Positions 42,788 through 56,996 are shown, counted from the stretch's first letter. The stretch is DNA of 64,000 nucleotides from an uncultured Candidatus Saccharibacteria bacterium (GCA_964601305.1 CAZRMW010000004.1:434-64433); one strand, 5' to 3'. The notes: generated by a model from the sequence alone, not told the origin. Program-made: numbers and translations.

Positions 42788-44446
42788 ATGACGATATCCA
42801 GAGAAGATAAATTGTTAATAGCTTCAATGTCTGAAGCAGTTAATCATGCAAAAGAAATGGTTATTGAAGAGACAAGTAAGCTTTCTGGAGCAATAGAGAG
42901 AATTAAGCCATTTTTTATTTCTTTTTCTGCTTGTGAGCCTGGTGCTTTAAAACTCGAGCTTTCGAGAGGATCTGTGGTGGAAAAAAAAGAAGATAGAAAC
43001 GAAAAACAAAGGCTTAGTTCTAGAGCTGAATTAAGATTAGGTTCACCGACCCTAGGTGGACATATGGAGAAATTTACACCAGAAATTCCTTTCGATAGAG
43101 ACCCGGATTATTTAAAAAGATTTTTTTGGGTTAAAGCTAATGAAGCCATGTATGACGCAAGAGAGGCTTTTGGTAAAAAAATAAGCAAAGCTTCTCATAG
43201 GGAAAATAAGCTTTTTACTCCTTTTTCTTTTTTCTCTGAGGAAAAAATAATTAAAGATTTTTTGAGAGACAAGAAAATAGAAGTAGATCTTAATTTTTGG
43301 ATAGATGTTTTAAAGCCTGTCTCAAAGCTTTTTGAAAGAAAAGAAATAGTTATTTCCAAAGTACTTTTAGATTATACTTTTGAAAAATTTTTTTATGTTA
43401 ATTCTGAAGGGACACAAATAATTGAGTCTTTTCCTGTTTTGAGCATAAAGTTTCGCGCAGGAATTTTGGGAAAAAATAATTTGATTTTTGGAGACCAAAA
43501 ATCTTTTTATTTTAATGATTTAGATACATTGCCAACTCAAGAAGCATTAATGATTGCTGCTGAAGAATTTATTAGGGATCTGTACGAGATTAAGGATGCT
43601 CCCTTCCAAACAGCAGGTGCTTTCCCCACAATTTTAGACAGTGCTAATTCTGGTTTTATGCTGCATGAGATGCTTCATAGTGCCGAGGGTATCAGGCCAG
43701 ACGAAGACCAAAGAGACGACGAAGAAGATATTTGGGGCGGGTCTGAATTTTTACTTACTTTTAAAGGTAAAATTGGCGAAAGGGTTGCTCCTGAGTTTTT
43801 GTCTGTATACGATGACCCAGGGTTATTCGAAGGATTTGTAAATTCAAGATATGATGCTGAAGGTATTCCCATGCAAAAGACAAAAATTATTGAAAAAGGA
43901 GTTCTTAAAAACTTTTTACACTCAAGAGAAAGTGCGGGGTTTTTTACAAATTTGTATCGTAAAAAATTTAGATCAAATGGTCATGCACGATCTGATATTA
44001 CTGCTAATCCGATTCCCAGAATGACAAATTTGGTTCTTGATTCAAAAAAAGAACACTCTATGGATGAATTAAAAGAAATGCTTTTTAGACAATGCCACAA
44101 AGATGGAAAAAAATTTGGCCTGTTGTTAAAAGGTAATTTGATGGGGGAGGCAATGACAGGGTCTATAAAATTTACTCCTCGCCATATTTTTCGGTTGTAT
44201 CCCAACGGTAGAATCAAGAGGGTAAAGGGAGTATATGTACATAATTCTCCACATCAAATGCTTGAAAATATTGTTGCTACATCCAATGAGCACGGATTCT
44301 GTCGTGGTATATGTGGTGCTGAATCAGGTTATTTGCCGGTGTGTGAAAAAACACCCGATGTTTTTGTAAAACAAGTCGGTTTTGAAAAAATACCTTTGAT
44401 GGAGTATGAAAATTGGTATCCTTTTCTTTTACCTTCCCCTGTTTAA
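42788..44446 (+). CDS. TldD/PmbA-family metallopeptidase-like protein.
   Basis: An HEMLH zinc-binding-like motif, and a C-terminal [17 protein letters not shown] block resembling the PmbA_TldD C-terminal GxC motif. Confidence 0.45.
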   Translation: MTISREDKLLIASMSEAVNHAKEMVIEETSKLSGAIERIKPFFISFSACEPGALKLELSRGSVVEKKEDRNEKQRLSSRAELRLGSPTLGGHMEKFTPEIPFDRDPDYLKRFFWVKANEAMYDAREAFGKKISKASHRENKLFTPFSFFSEEKIIKDFLRDKKIEVDLNFWIDVLKPVSKLFERKEIVISKVLLDYTFEKFFYVNSEGTQIIESFPVLSIKFRAGILGKNNLIFGDQKSFYFNDLDTLPTQEALMIAAEEFIRDLYEIKDAPFQTAGAFPTILDSANSGFMLHEMLHSAEGIRPDEDQRDDEEDIWGGSEFLLTFKGKIGERVAPEFLSVYDDPGLFEGFVNSRYDAEGIPMQKTKIIEKGVLKNFLHSRESAGFFTNLYRKKFRSNGHARSDITANPIPRMTNLVLDSKKEHSMDELKEMLFRQCHKDGKKFGLLLKGNLMGEAMTGSIKFTPRHIFRLYPNGRIKRVKGVYVHNSPHQMLENIVATSNEHGFCRGICGAESGYLPVCEKTPDVFVKQVGFEKIPLMEYENWYPFLLPSPV

Positions 44447-44455
44447 ATTTATAAA

Positions 44456-44485
44456 AATAAAACGCGCCAAACGGCGCGTTTTTGC
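44456..44485 (+). terminator. Intrinsic terminator (AAACGCGCC-AAAC-GGCGCGTTTTTG).
   Basis: A perfect GC stem and a U-tract after the tldD-like gene. Confidence 0.6.
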
Positions 44486-44549
44486 TTGTATTGAGCTTGT
44501 CGAATGGCTTGTTTTTGGGTCTAAAAAATGCTACAATTTAAATACAAAC

Positions 44550-45272
44550 ATGAGTAATAAAACCGCTAAAAATAAGCCCCAAAGGGGGCATTTGCACGCA
44601 TTAACTCAAGTCACAAAAGAGATGACAGATATTTTTGAATCTATGGGTTTTGGTGTGGTTTTGGGCCCAGATGTAGAAACAGAACACTACAATTTCGATG
44701 CTTTAAATATTCCTAAAAACCATCCAGCTCGCGATATGTGGGACACTTTTTGGCTAAAAGATGGAAATCTTTTACGTACGCACACAAGCCCAATGCAGGC
44801 AAGATATATGGAAAGCAATCAACCTCCTTACAAAATTGTTGTTCCTGGAAGATGTTATAGATACGAAGCTACCGATAGTACCCACGAAGTCCAGTTTTAT
44901 CAATTAGAAGGACTTATGATAGATAAAAATATTACAATGGCGAATTTGAAGGGGACGCTAGAAGTTTTTTTAAGAAAACTTTTTGGTGACGATAAAATAG
45001 AAGTTAGGTTTAGGCCGAGCTATTTTCCTTTTGTGGAGCCTGGTCTTGAGGTAGATATGAAATGGAAGGGCGGTTGGCTAGAAATCGCTGGAGCAGGTAT
45101 GGTACACCCGCAAGTTTTAAAGAATATGAAATTAGATTCAAGCGCTAAAGAAGAAAGATGGCAAGGTTTTGCTTTTGGGATAGGTATAGATAGAGTAGCA
45201 ATGCTTAAATATAAAATAGAAGATATCAGGCTTTTTTATGGAAGCGATATGCGTTTCTTGAAACAGTTCTAA
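44550..45272 (+). CDS. pheS: Phenylalanine--tRNA ligase alpha subunit, short form. The start is at the MSNKT ATG.
   Basis: Class II motifs [12 protein letters not shown] and GAGMVHP..L, and [14 protein letters not shown]. Confidence 0.85.
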   Translation: MSNKTAKNKPQRGHLHALTQVTKEMTDIFESMGFGVVLGPDVETEHYNFDALNIPKNHPARDMWDTFWLKDGNLLRTHTSPMQARYMESNQPPYKIVVPGRCYRYEATDSTHEVQFYQLEGLMIDKNITMANLKGTLEVFLRKLFGDDKIEVRFRPSYFPFVEPGLEVDMKWKGGWLEIAGAGMVHPQVLKNMKLDSSAKEERWQGFAFGIGIDRVAMLKYKIEDIRLFYGSDMRFLKQF

Positions 45273-45281
45273 AAATAAAAC

Positions 45282-49354
<4,073 letters not shown>

Positions 49355-49370
49355 AGTTTTGATTTAAGGA

Positions 49371-51194
49371 ATGACTAAAACAAACAAAAACAAAAAACTA
49401 TCTTTTGATGCTGTAAAAAATATATTCATAAACGCTGGGCGTTTATGGAAAATTTTATGGCGAAAAAATAAAGGAATTATAGCTATTTCGTTTTTTACTA
49501 TCTTGCTGATTTCCACAACCCCATTCTTAAGTAGCGGTGTTTGGGGGCTTTTGATTAATGAACTTGTAAAAATGATTGGCGCAAAGGAAATATCTGACTA
49601 CTTTATTTTAATACTAGGAGCGTTTGTTTTTATAGCACTATTTAGTTCCTTAATAATCTCAGTAAGGAAATATCTAGATATGGTTTTTTGGTTTATTTTG
49701 GAAGAGAAGTTTGAATTTCTCATTTTAAAAAAGAGAGGAGGTCTTGATGTTGCTATACATGAGGATCCCAAGAAAAATGATTTATTAAATAAAATAAGCG
49801 AAAATGGTACTTGGAGAATAAAAAATTTTGTTGATAGACAATTTTATATTTTACAAGACATCATTAAGGTTGTGATTGCTTCTGTAGTTATAATTATATT
49901 TAATTGGTGGGTGTTTTTAGTTATTTTAATTGGTACATTTCCTGAATTTTTTGTAGAAGCCAAATATGGAAGAAGAGTTTGGGATATACACACTAGTGGT
50001 GCTGAAACAAGAAGAAAATATTGGAATCTGAGAAATCATTTTTTTGATATTTCTAGGGTGGTAGAATTAAAGCTTTTTCAGAATATAAAGTATTTTCTAG
50101 GTGAGGTAAAAAAACTTTTTGTTGTTTTTTTAAAAAAACAGAAGAAAAGCGAAAAAGAAAAATTTGCTTTTTCTTCAGTGGCGGCTGTTTTATCAGAAAT
50201 AGTAATTGTTTTTTCACTTATTTATTTTGTATTTCAGGTTATTTATGGAGACTTACAAATCGGTACATTAACTTTTATAAGTGCATCTATTGCTAGTCTA
50301 AGGAGTGCTTTTTCTGGTTTGTTTATGTCGCTTGGCAGACAATACCAAGACAGTTTATTTGTTAGTGATGTGTTTGAATTTTTAGATATTGAAAAAGCTG
50401 TAGAAGAGCCGGAAAAATCCATTAAACTTAAAAAAGGGAAAACTCCAGAAATAAATTTTGAAAATGTTTCTTTTGCTTACCCTGGTACAGATAGAGTAGT
50501 TTTAAAAAACCTAAATTTAAAGATAGAACCTGGCGAAAAAGTGGCAATAATTGGAGTAAATGGAGCAGGGAAGACGACTTTAATAAAATTGCTGTGCAGG
50601 TTTTACGATACTACAAAGGGGAATATTTCTATTGGCGGGCATAGCATTAAAGAAATAGATTTAAAAAGTTGGTATAAAAAAATTGGGGCAATTTTTCAAG
50701 ATTATGCCAATTATCATTTTTTAGTAAAAGATTCTATTGCAATTGGTAGAACTGGTAAAAAGACAGATCTACAAAAAGTAAAAGATGCAGCCAAAGCCAG
50801 CGAGGCAGATATTTTTATTGAGGAGTGGGAAAAGAAATACAAGCAAATGCTTGGTAAGCAATTTACTGGTGGGTTGGAGCCTTCTGTAGGCCAGTGGCAG
50901 AAATTAGCTCTTGCTAGAACTTTTTATAGAGATCCGCGCGTACTTATTTTAGATGAGCCAACATCTTCAATAGACGCGGAAGCAGAAGCAAAAATTTTTG
51001 AAAGGTTAGAAAAACTTCCAAAAGACAGAACAGTGATTTTGATTTCTCATAGATTTTCTACCGTGCGCCATGCAGACAAAATTGCAGTAATAGAAAAAGG
51101 AACTATAAAAGAATATGGCACACATGAAGAATTAATGAAACTAAACAAAACTTACGCCAAACTCTTCAAACTCCAAGCAAAAGGATACAAGTAA
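49371..51194 (+). CDS. ABC transporter, fused permease/ATP-binding exporter.
   Basis: Six N-terminal TM helices, Walker A GVNGAGKTT, signature-like GGLEPSVGQWQKLALAR, Walker B ILDEPTSSID. Confidence 0.7.
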   Translation: MTKTNKNKKLSFDAVKNIFINAGRLWKILWRKNKGIIAISFFTILLISTTPFLSSGVWGLLINELVKMIGAKEISDYFILILGAFVFIALFSSLIISVRKYLDMVFWFILEEKFEFLILKKRGGLDVAIHEDPKKNDLLNKISENGTWRIKNFVDRQFYILQDIIKVVIASVVIIIFNWWVFLVILIGTFPEFFVEAKYGRRVWDIHTSGAETRRKYWNLRNHFFDISRVVELKLFQNIKYFLGEVKKLFVVFLKKQKKSEKEKFAFSSVAAVLSEIVIVFSLIYFVFQVIYGDLQIGTLTFISASIASLRSAFSGLFMSLGRQYQDSLFVSDVFEFLDIEKAVEEPEKSIKLKKGKTPEINFENVSFAYPGTDRVVLKNLNLKIEPGEKVAIIGVNGAGKTTLIKLLCRFYDTTKGNISIGGHSIKEIDLKSWYKKIGAIFQDYANYHFLVKDSIAIGRTGKKTDLQKVKDAAKASEADIFIEEWEKKYKQMLGKQFTGGLEPSVGQWQKLALARTFYRDPRVLILDEPTSSIDAEAEAKIFERLEKLPKDRTVILISHRFSTVRHADKIAVIEKGTIKEYGTHEELMKLNKTYAKLFKLQAKGYK

Positions 51195-51195
51195 A

Positions 51196-51227
51196 AATAG
51201 TGAAGTCGAACTTCACTATTTTTACTT
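51196..51227 (+). terminator. Intrinsic terminator hairpin AATAGTGAAGT-CGA-ACTTCACTATT.
   Basis: A perfect 11-bp stem immediately after the ABC transporter stop. Confidence 0.55.
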
Positions 51228-51477
51228 TATTTTGGAGCTATATTGTGTAAGAAAAAGCTCCGTTTTAATATTGCTATCGCTTTATTAATACGATGGTTTT
51301 TGTCTTATCACATATACTGACCTATCGCACCAAATGTGTGACGGTTGAAAGGTTGAAAGAAAGATGGAAAATTTGGGTACATAGTTTATAATAAAGGTAG
51401 AAATTGAGTAGCTGGCCAGGCAGGTTAAAAACTTCTGAACAAAAGTAGCTTCGAAGTTCTGTCTGGCTATTACAAAT

Positions 51478-51576
51478 TGCGGGTGTATAAAATAGAAGAG
51501 TAAGCAATACAAATTAAGTGGCAACGCTTTCGTTCCCAACGGGAGTATGTGGGTTCAAATCCCGCCGTCCGCTCCA
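51478..51576 (+). ncRNA. tRNA-like module with a T-arm GTGGG-TTCAAAT-CCCGC, the 3' acceptor strand CGTCCGC, discriminator T and CCA. A candidate 5' acceptor strand GCGGGTG lies at 51478. It does not fold as a canonical 76-nt tRNA.
   Basis: GGGTTCAAATCCC is a T-loop. GCGGGTG pairs with CGTCCGC using two G-U wobbles. The ~62-nt body lacks recognisable D and anticodon arms. It may be a tmRNA-type or other tRNA-like domain. Confidence 0.35.
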
Positions 51577-51595
51577 GATTTTGTAAGTTTTTTTT

Positions 51596-51706
51596 ACACA
51601 AAACCAAAACCGAATTTTTTACTTTCCCTAAATTATGATAATTTAGGAAAGTGCTCGCTTTAGGCTCACAAGCACGTAAAAAATTGTTTTGGTTTTGTGT
51701 TTTTAC
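51596..51706. repeat. ~100-nt noncoding repeat, copy 2 of 2 (the other is at 15321-15428).
   Basis: Near-identical, including the CCCTAAATTATGATAATTTAGG hairpin and CTCACAAGCACGTAAAAAATTGTTTTG. Confidence 0.8.
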
Positions 51707-51712
51707 AGCCCC

Positions 51713-51740
51713 TTGACAAGAGTTGTTATATAAGTATAAT
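51713..51740 (+). promoter_or_regulatory. Perfect consensus promoter TTGACA-16-TATAAT.
   Basis: ttgaca at 51713-51718, tataat at 51735-51740. Confidence 0.65.
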
Positions 51741-51746
51741 AGAATG

Positions 51747-52330
51747 TAGACCTTGGCAAGATGAGTTGTTCCAAATTTCACCATTTCACCGTAACTTCAG
51801 CAATGGAGGCTAAAATGGTAGGTTTTCGAATAAGTTAGGGCTTACCAGTTGACCTGACCAACTGGTGCCCACGTCGCCGGGCTAGATGCGGTTTTTCGCG
51901 GGCGGCAAGAACATAGTCAACCTTTGTATTCTAGCCCCCGGCGGCTATTGTCGGGGGCATCCTTAAAAACCTTCAAAGAACCCGATGAAAGGCGGTAAAA
52001 ATGAATTTGTTACTTTACGAGTGATAGAACTTCGCGAAGAGCAAACACACTTTTTCGAACCATACAGCGTGCGATGATCCATCCGGCAAGGCGGGGCCAT
52101 GTAGTAAACCGAGTTTTGGTACCACTGGAGGGTGTTCTCGGGGTTTGATGTAGAGGCTTGGGCGGCCAATGCATAATTCAAAACACTGACACTTTGTGGG
52201 AACTCCGCGGCAGGCGGGCACGAGGTAGGACCTCAAAAGAATCCCGACTGGGGAATAAAAAGAGTACTCAGTCTAAACAAAATTAGTCAACAAGAAAGCC
52301 TCGGGCGCAAATGCGCTCCGGGGCTTCTCT
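51747..52330 (+). ncRNA. Candidate large structured noncoding RNA of ~580 nt. It is GC-enriched and ORF-free, lies between a consensus promoter and an intrinsic terminator, and is of unknown class.
   Basis: Its GC content is far above the genome background. Multiple complementary segments are present: GCCGGGCTAG with CTAGCCCCCGGC, GCCCCCG...CGGGGGC, and ACCAGTTGACCTGACCAACTGGT. Only short spurious ORFs occur on either strand. The terminator AAGCCTCGGGCGC-AAAT-GCGCTCCGGGGCTT plus a T-run is at 52286-52330. Confidence 0.5.
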
Positions 52331-52398
52331 CTTTTGTAAATTTAAATATGCCATACTCATACGATCGTGAGAGTTTGGCATTTTCTTTTTTTAATTAA

Positions 52399-52430
52399 TA
52401 AAGTCCGACTTCCTTTGGGAGTCGGACTTT
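52399..52430. terminator. Bidirectional terminator AAAGTCCGACT-TCCTTTGGG-AGTCGGACTTT, between the unknown RNA and convergent thrS.
   Basis: A perfect 11-bp stem with A/T runs on both sides. Confidence 0.6.
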
Positions 52431-52460
52431 GCTGGTTGAATTCCTAAACTTTTCGTCGAT

Positions 52461-52495
52461 TACTTGTTACTAGTTACTTTTTACTTGTTACTTCG
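52461..52495. repeat. Heptamer array, third copy of the AGTAACA-type array. It overlaps the last 7 codons and the stop of thrS.
   Basis: Plus strand tacttgttactagttactttttacttgttacttcg. The minus-strand reading gives D-E-V-T-S-K-K-stop. Confidence 0.75.
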
Positions 52496-53745
52496 TCTAT
52501 AATCTTTTCTACAAACTCTTCTAGCTTCATTGTTTCTTGCCCGCCTCGCGTCGATGAGTCTCCGCGAGTCGAGGCGGGCTCTCCATCGCGCGGATTTACT
52601 GCCACAGTGCCATCTTTTTCTTCTTTTTCGCCAACTACCAAAATGTATGGTAGTTTTTCTTTTTTTGTGTTAGCAATTTTTTTACCCAAAGTCTCGTTGT
52701 CTAAATCTATCTCCGCGCGAATATTATTTTCTTTCAAGATTTCTAAAACTTTATTTCCATAATCATTAAATTTTTCACTAACGGGAAGCACTTTTACTTG
52801 CACAGGCGAGAGCCACACAGGAAATGCCCCCTGATACTGCTCAATAAGCATGGCCATAGTACGCTCAAGAGCACCAATAGAAGATCTATGAATTATCATT
52901 GGGCGGTGTTTTCCTCCGTCTTTTCCTTCGTATGTCATATCAAATCTTTCTGGCAAGGCAAAATCTATTTGAATAGTAAAAATAGTATCTTCTTTACCAA
53001 AGACATTTTTCATTTCTACATCTAACTTTGGTCCATAAAAGGCGGCTTCGCCATCAGCTTCTTCGTACTTAAGACCCATCTTGTCAATAATTTTTTTCAT
53101 CATTTTTTGGGAGTTTTTCCAGGCCTCTGGATTGTCTATATATTTTTCTTTGTCTTTGGGATTCCATTTAGAAAATCTATACCAGTAGTTTTCAAAGCCA
53201 AGAGATTTCATTACATATTGTACCAAGTCTACAACATTTTCAAATTCTTCTTCGAGCTGTTCAGGTAGGCAAATAATGTGTGCGTCGGCCAAAGTAAATT
53301 GACGTACACGAATAAGACCGTGCATTTCTCCAGATTGTTCGTTTCTAAAAAGACTTGCAATCTCGGCGTATTTAATTGGTAGGTCTCTGTAACTTCTGGG
53401 CTTGGACTTGTAAATCATAAATTGGTGAGGACATGTCATTGGCCTAAGTACTAGTTCTTCGTCTCCACAATCAAAAACAAACATACTTTCTTTGTAGTGG
53501 TCTAAGTGGCCAGAAATTTTATATAAGTCACTTTTTGCTAGCACTGGAGTATCTGTGTATTCGTAGCCTCTTTTTATTTCTTCGTCTTCTATAAATCTTC
53601 TTAAAATTCTTTTAAGTGTAGCGCCCTTTGGAGTAAGAAGTGGTAAACCACGCCCAATAACATCGCTTTGCACAAAGAGATCTAATTCTTTCCCTATTTT
53701 TATATGGTCCTTCTTGTTTTCTTTATCCATTTTTATTTTCTTCAT
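52474..53745 (-). CDS. thrS: Threonine--tRNA ligase, short form (class II core plus anticodon-binding domain, no N-terminal editing/TGS domains).
   Basis: Motifs FRNEQSGEMHGLIRVRQFT, HRSSIGALERTMAMLIE, the anticodon-binding PVQVKVLPVSEK, and the characteristic ThrRS zinc-site context. Confidence 0.8.
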   Translation of the reverse strand: MKKIKMDKENKKDHIKIGKELDLFVQSDVIGRGLPLLTPKGATLKRILRRFIEDEEIKRGYEYTDTPVLAKSDLYKISGHLDHYKESMFVFDCGDEELVLRPMTCPHQFMIYKSKPRSYRDLPIKYAEIASLFRNEQSGEMHGLIRVRQFTLADAHIICLPEQLEEEFENVVDLVQYVMKSLGFENYWYRFSKWNPKDKEKYIDNPEAWKNSQKMMKKIIDKMGLKYEEADGEAAFYGPKLDVEMKNVFGKEDTIFTIQIDFALPERFDMTYEGKDGGKHRPMIIHRSSIGALERTMAMLIEQYQGAFPVWLSPVQVKVLPVSEKFNDYGNKVLEILKENNIRAEIDLDNETLGKKIANTKKEKLPYILVVGEKEEKDGTVAVNPRDGEPASTRGDSSTRGGQETMKLEEFVEKIIDEVTSKK

Positions 53746-53759
53746 TAATTTCTTTTCTT

Positions 53760-56700
53760 TTAATCCTTAAGTTCTAAAACTTGCTCACAAATAATACTTG
53801 CTTCGTCGTTTCTGGTACTAACTTTGCCCTTTATTATAACACATTTATCTTCCACTAAAAGATCTCCAAAATCGTTTAAAACTCTTGGAAAAACTACCAT
53901 TTCCATATCTCCACTAAGATCGGCAACTTTCATAAAAGCCATTGGATCTCCTTTTTTTGTTAAGATATTTTTCACACTTTCTACCATTGCCATAAAGGTA
54001 ACAGGTGTTTGGTTTTTAAATTTTTTGATTGCGGAAATATTTAGTTTTGTTTGTGCCATTTTTTCTCTGTACTTATCCATTGGGTGGCCGGATATATAAA
54101 GACCCAAAAGTTCTTTTTCGTGTTTTAGTCTTTCTTCAGGCTTCATTGGTGAAGTTTTTTCTAGTTGTATTGTTGGAAGCTCGATAGAGTTTTCTAGCCC
54201 TCCAAAGAGGGAAGATTGGTTAGAGGTTTTTTGGCTTTTACTTTCTTTTTGATAGGCTAAAATATTGTCGATATTTTGAAGCAGTGTGTTTCTTTCTTCG
54301 AATTTATCAAAAGCCCCAGCTTTTATTAAAGATTCCAAAGATTTTTTGTTTAAATCTCGAGATTGCACTCTTTCAAGTAAATCTTCTAGCGAAGCAAATG
54401 GACCGTTTTCTTTTCTTTCTGTAATGATATTTTTTACTACATTTTCGCCAACGTTTTTTACAGCTAAAAGTCCAAACCTTATAGCTCTTTCTCCATCGTG
54501 GTTTTCTTTGCTTGCTCCATCTTCTAGCTTTGCAGGGTTGACCAAAGAAAAATCGGTAAAACTTTCATTTATATCTGGCGGTAGTATTTTTATGTTCATT
54601 CTGTTGCATTCAGCGATTATTTCAGCCATTTTATCCATGTCTCCGGACTCTGCGGTTAATACCGCTGTCATAAATTCTCCAGGGTAATTTGCTTTCATAT
54701 ATGCGGTTTGGTAAGAGATCATTCCGTAGCTTGCGGCGTGTGCTTTGTTGAAGCTATAACCCTTGAAAGGATCAAGTAAACTCCAAAGATCTTCTGCTTT
54801 TTGTTTTGTGAGGCCACCATGTTTTTGGCAATCTTCTACAAAAGTTTTTCCTAACTTTGCCATTAATTCTGGTTGTTTTTTGCCAATAGCTTTTCTAAAT
54901 TTATCCACCGTTGCCCATGTATATCCAGCAAGCTCTATAGCTAAAAGCATTACATCTTCTTGGTAAGTGATCACTCCATAAGTTTTTTCTAGAATTTTTT
55001 CAAGTCTCGGATCTGGGTAGCTAATAGGTTCTCTTCCATGTTTCCTGTTTATGTAATGAGGAATATTGTCCATTGGTCCTGGCCTAAAGAGTGAAATCAT
55101 AGCAAAGATATCTGTAATGACAGTTGGCTTAAGTTCTTTTAGATATCTAGTCATTCCAGCGCCATTTAACTGGAAAAGCCCAATAGTTTCTCCACGAGCT
55201 AGAAGTTCAAAACTTTTTTTATCGTCTATTGGTATGTTTAATAAATCTACTTTTATATCTCTTAGTCTTTCTACAAGCTCCACGGCGCGTCCTAAAATAG
55301 AGAGGTTTCTAATTCCTAGAAAATCTAATTTTACAAGCCCAGCATCTTCCGTGGCGTGCATATCAAATTGGGTGATAACGCTATCTCCGCGAGACTCTGA
55401 TTGCAAAGGCAAAAAATCTGTAAGTGGCCCAGGGCTAATTACTACTCCCGCAGCGTGCACAGATACGTGGCGCGCGGAGCCTTCTATTTTTTGAGCAAAA
55501 TCCATAATCTCTTTTGCTTCTTTTTTGTTTTCATATAAATCTTTTAGCTCTGGCACTTGGTCTTTTGCTTTTTGAATGGTCATTGGGTTGCCTTGTGCGC
55601 CCAAAGGAATCATTTTGGCGATTTTGTCGCCAGTGCTGTATTCGTGCCCTAAAACTCTGGTTATGTCTCTTACCGCGGCGCGCGCCATCATAGTTCCAAA
55701 TGTGCCAATTTGCGCGACTTTGTCGTGGCCGTATCTTTGTTTGGCGTACTCAATAAGTTCATCGCGCCTATCATCTGCAAAATCTAAATCTATATCAGGC
55801 AAAGATGGTCTGTATGGATTTAAAAATCTTTCAAAAGGGAGCATATACTCTAGTGGGTCTACATCACTAATTCCGATGAGATAAGAAACTAAAGATCCAG
55901 CAGCAGAGCCTCTGGTGTTTGTAACCACACCTCTTTTTTTAGCTTCGTTTACAAAGTCAGCCACTATTAAAAAATACGCGGCGTATCCTTTGTCGTTTAT
56001 TATTTTTAATTCGTATTCTATTCTTTCAAGTGCTTCTTTTTTTCTTTCTTCATTAAAGTGGCTCCCCCGAGTTTTTAATCCTTCAAAGGTAAGCTTTTTT
56101 AGATAGCTTTTGTCTGTTTCTCCTTTTGGAAGTTCAAAAATAGGGAAAACCCAGTTTGCAATTTCTAATTCGGCATTGCACATTTCGGCAATTTTTAAAG
56201 TATTTTCTATAGCTTGTGGTGCATAGGAAAAATCTCGTATCATTTCTTCTGTTGTTTTAAAAGAAAAATCTTCGTCTTTCATGGAAAGGCGGTTTGTTTC
56301 GTTTACAAGAGTGTTTGTTTGGATGGCAATAAGCGCGTCTTGCGCGGCAGCGTCTTCTTTGTTTAGGTAATGCGAGTCTTGTGTAGCGATAACAGGTATG
56401 TCTAAATTTTTGCTAAGCTCCAAAATTCTTTTGTTTGCTAATTCTTGATGCTCTATGCTCGGGTGGTTTTGAATTTCTAGGAAAAAATTTTCTTTTCCAA
56501 AAATATCTTGATATTTTTTTGCAACCTCTTTGGCTTTCTCTATTCTGTCTGCTACTAGAAGGCGAGGGATTTCTCCACCAAGACAAGCTGTGGAAGCAAT
56601 AATTCCTTTTGAATACTTTTCTAAAATCTCTAAATCCACTCGAGGCTTATAATAAAAACCTTCAAGATGAGCGAGACTAGTGAGCTTGAGCAAGTTTTTA

Positions 56701-56996
56701 TAACCCTCCAAATTTTTTGCTAAAAGTAAAAGGTGATATGGCTTTACATCTACGTGGGCTTCTTTTTGGTGGCGAGAGCGATTGGCTACGTATGCTTCAA
56801 AACCTAAAATTGGTTTTACCTCTGCCTTTTTTGCGGTTTTAAAAAACTCGATAGCTCCATGCATATTGCCATGGTCTGTAAGCGCGACGGCGGGCATATT
56901 GTATTTTTTTGTAGCATCAACAAGAGGGCCAATCTTAGTAAGACCGTCTAAGAGTGAATAGTGAGAATGATTGTGTAAGTGTACGAATTTGGACAT
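53760..56996 (-). CDS. dnaE: DNA polymerase III alpha subunit. The probable start is at MSKFVHLHNHSH, since the track ORF extends to 57137 and overlaps the upstream NYN gene.
   Basis: PHP domain HLHNHSHYSLLDG, polymerase core, OB-fold C-terminus. Confidence 0.85.
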   Translation of the reverse strand: MSKFVHLHNHSHYSLLDGLTKIGPLVDATKKYNMPAVALTDHGNMHGAIEFFKTAKKAEVKPILGFEAYVANRSRHQKEAHVDVKPYHLLLLAKNLEGYKNLLKLTSLAHLEGFYYKPRVDLEILEKYSKGIIASTACLGGEIPRLLVADRIEKAKEVAKKYQDIFGKENFFLEIQNHPSIEHQELANKRILELSKNLDIPVIATQDSHYLNKEDAAAQDALIAIQTNTLVNETNRLSMKDEDFSFKTTEEMIRDFSYAPQAIENTLKIAEMCNAELEIANWVFPIFELPKGETDKSYLKKLTFEGLKTRGSHFNEERKKEALERIEYELKIINDKGYAAYFLIVADFVNEAKKRGVVTNTRGSAAGSLVSYLIGISDVDPLEYMLPFERFLNPYRPSLPDIDLDFADDRRDELIEYAKQRYGHDKVAQIGTFGTMMARAAVRDITRVLGHEYSTGDKIAKMIPLGAQGNPMTIQKAKDQVPELKDLYENKKEAKEIMDFAQKIEGSARHVSVHAAGVVISPGPLTDFLPLQSESRGDSVITQFDMHATEDAGLVKLDFLGIRNLSILGRAVELVERLRDIKVDLLNIPIDDKKSFELLARGETIGLFQLNGAGMTRYLKELKPTVITDIFAMISLFRPGPMDNIPHYINRKHGREPISYPDPRLEKILEKTYGVITYQEDVMLLAIELAGYTWATVDKFRKAIGKKQPELMAKLGKTFVEDCQKHGGLTKQKAEDLWSLLDPFKGYSFNKAHAASYGMISYQTAYMKANYPGEFMTAVLTAESGDMDKMAEIIAECNRMNIKILPPDINESFTDFSLVNPAKLEDGASKENHDGERAIRFGLLAVKNVGENVVKNIITERKENGPFASLEDLLERVQSRDLNKKSLESLIKAGAFDKFEERNTLLQNIDNILAYQKESKSQKTSNQSSLFGGLENSIELPTIQLEKTSPMKPEERLKHEKELLGLYISGHPMDKYREKMAQTKLNISAIKKFKNQTPVTFMAMVESVKNILTKKGDPMAFMKVADLSGDMEMVVFPRVLNDFGDLLVEDKCVIIKGKVSTRNDEASIICEQVLELKD

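Noticed and set aside
51196-51480. Possible tmRNA body upstream of the tRNA-like module, with GGAGC at 51234 as a 5' acceptor strand.
   Set aside because: The region is AT-rich and lacks the GGAUUCGAC-type 5' tRNA-like motif, pseudoknot-like GC segments and a tag reading frame ending in hydrophobic residues plus a stop. Only 5 of 7 acceptor base pairs would form.
51747-52330. Attempts to classify the GC-rich region as RNase P RNA, tmRNA, SRP RNA, a group I intron or a group II intron.
   Set aside because: No GGAAAGTCC/ACAGAA-CCGGCUUA pair is present, and RNase P is elsewhere. There is no T-arm or CCA end for tmRNA. GGUCAGGUC is present on the minus strand but without the GGAAGGAAGCAGC SRP core. 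Group I P/Q/R/S-like fragments are in the wrong order. No group II domain V motif is seen. The region is left unclassified.
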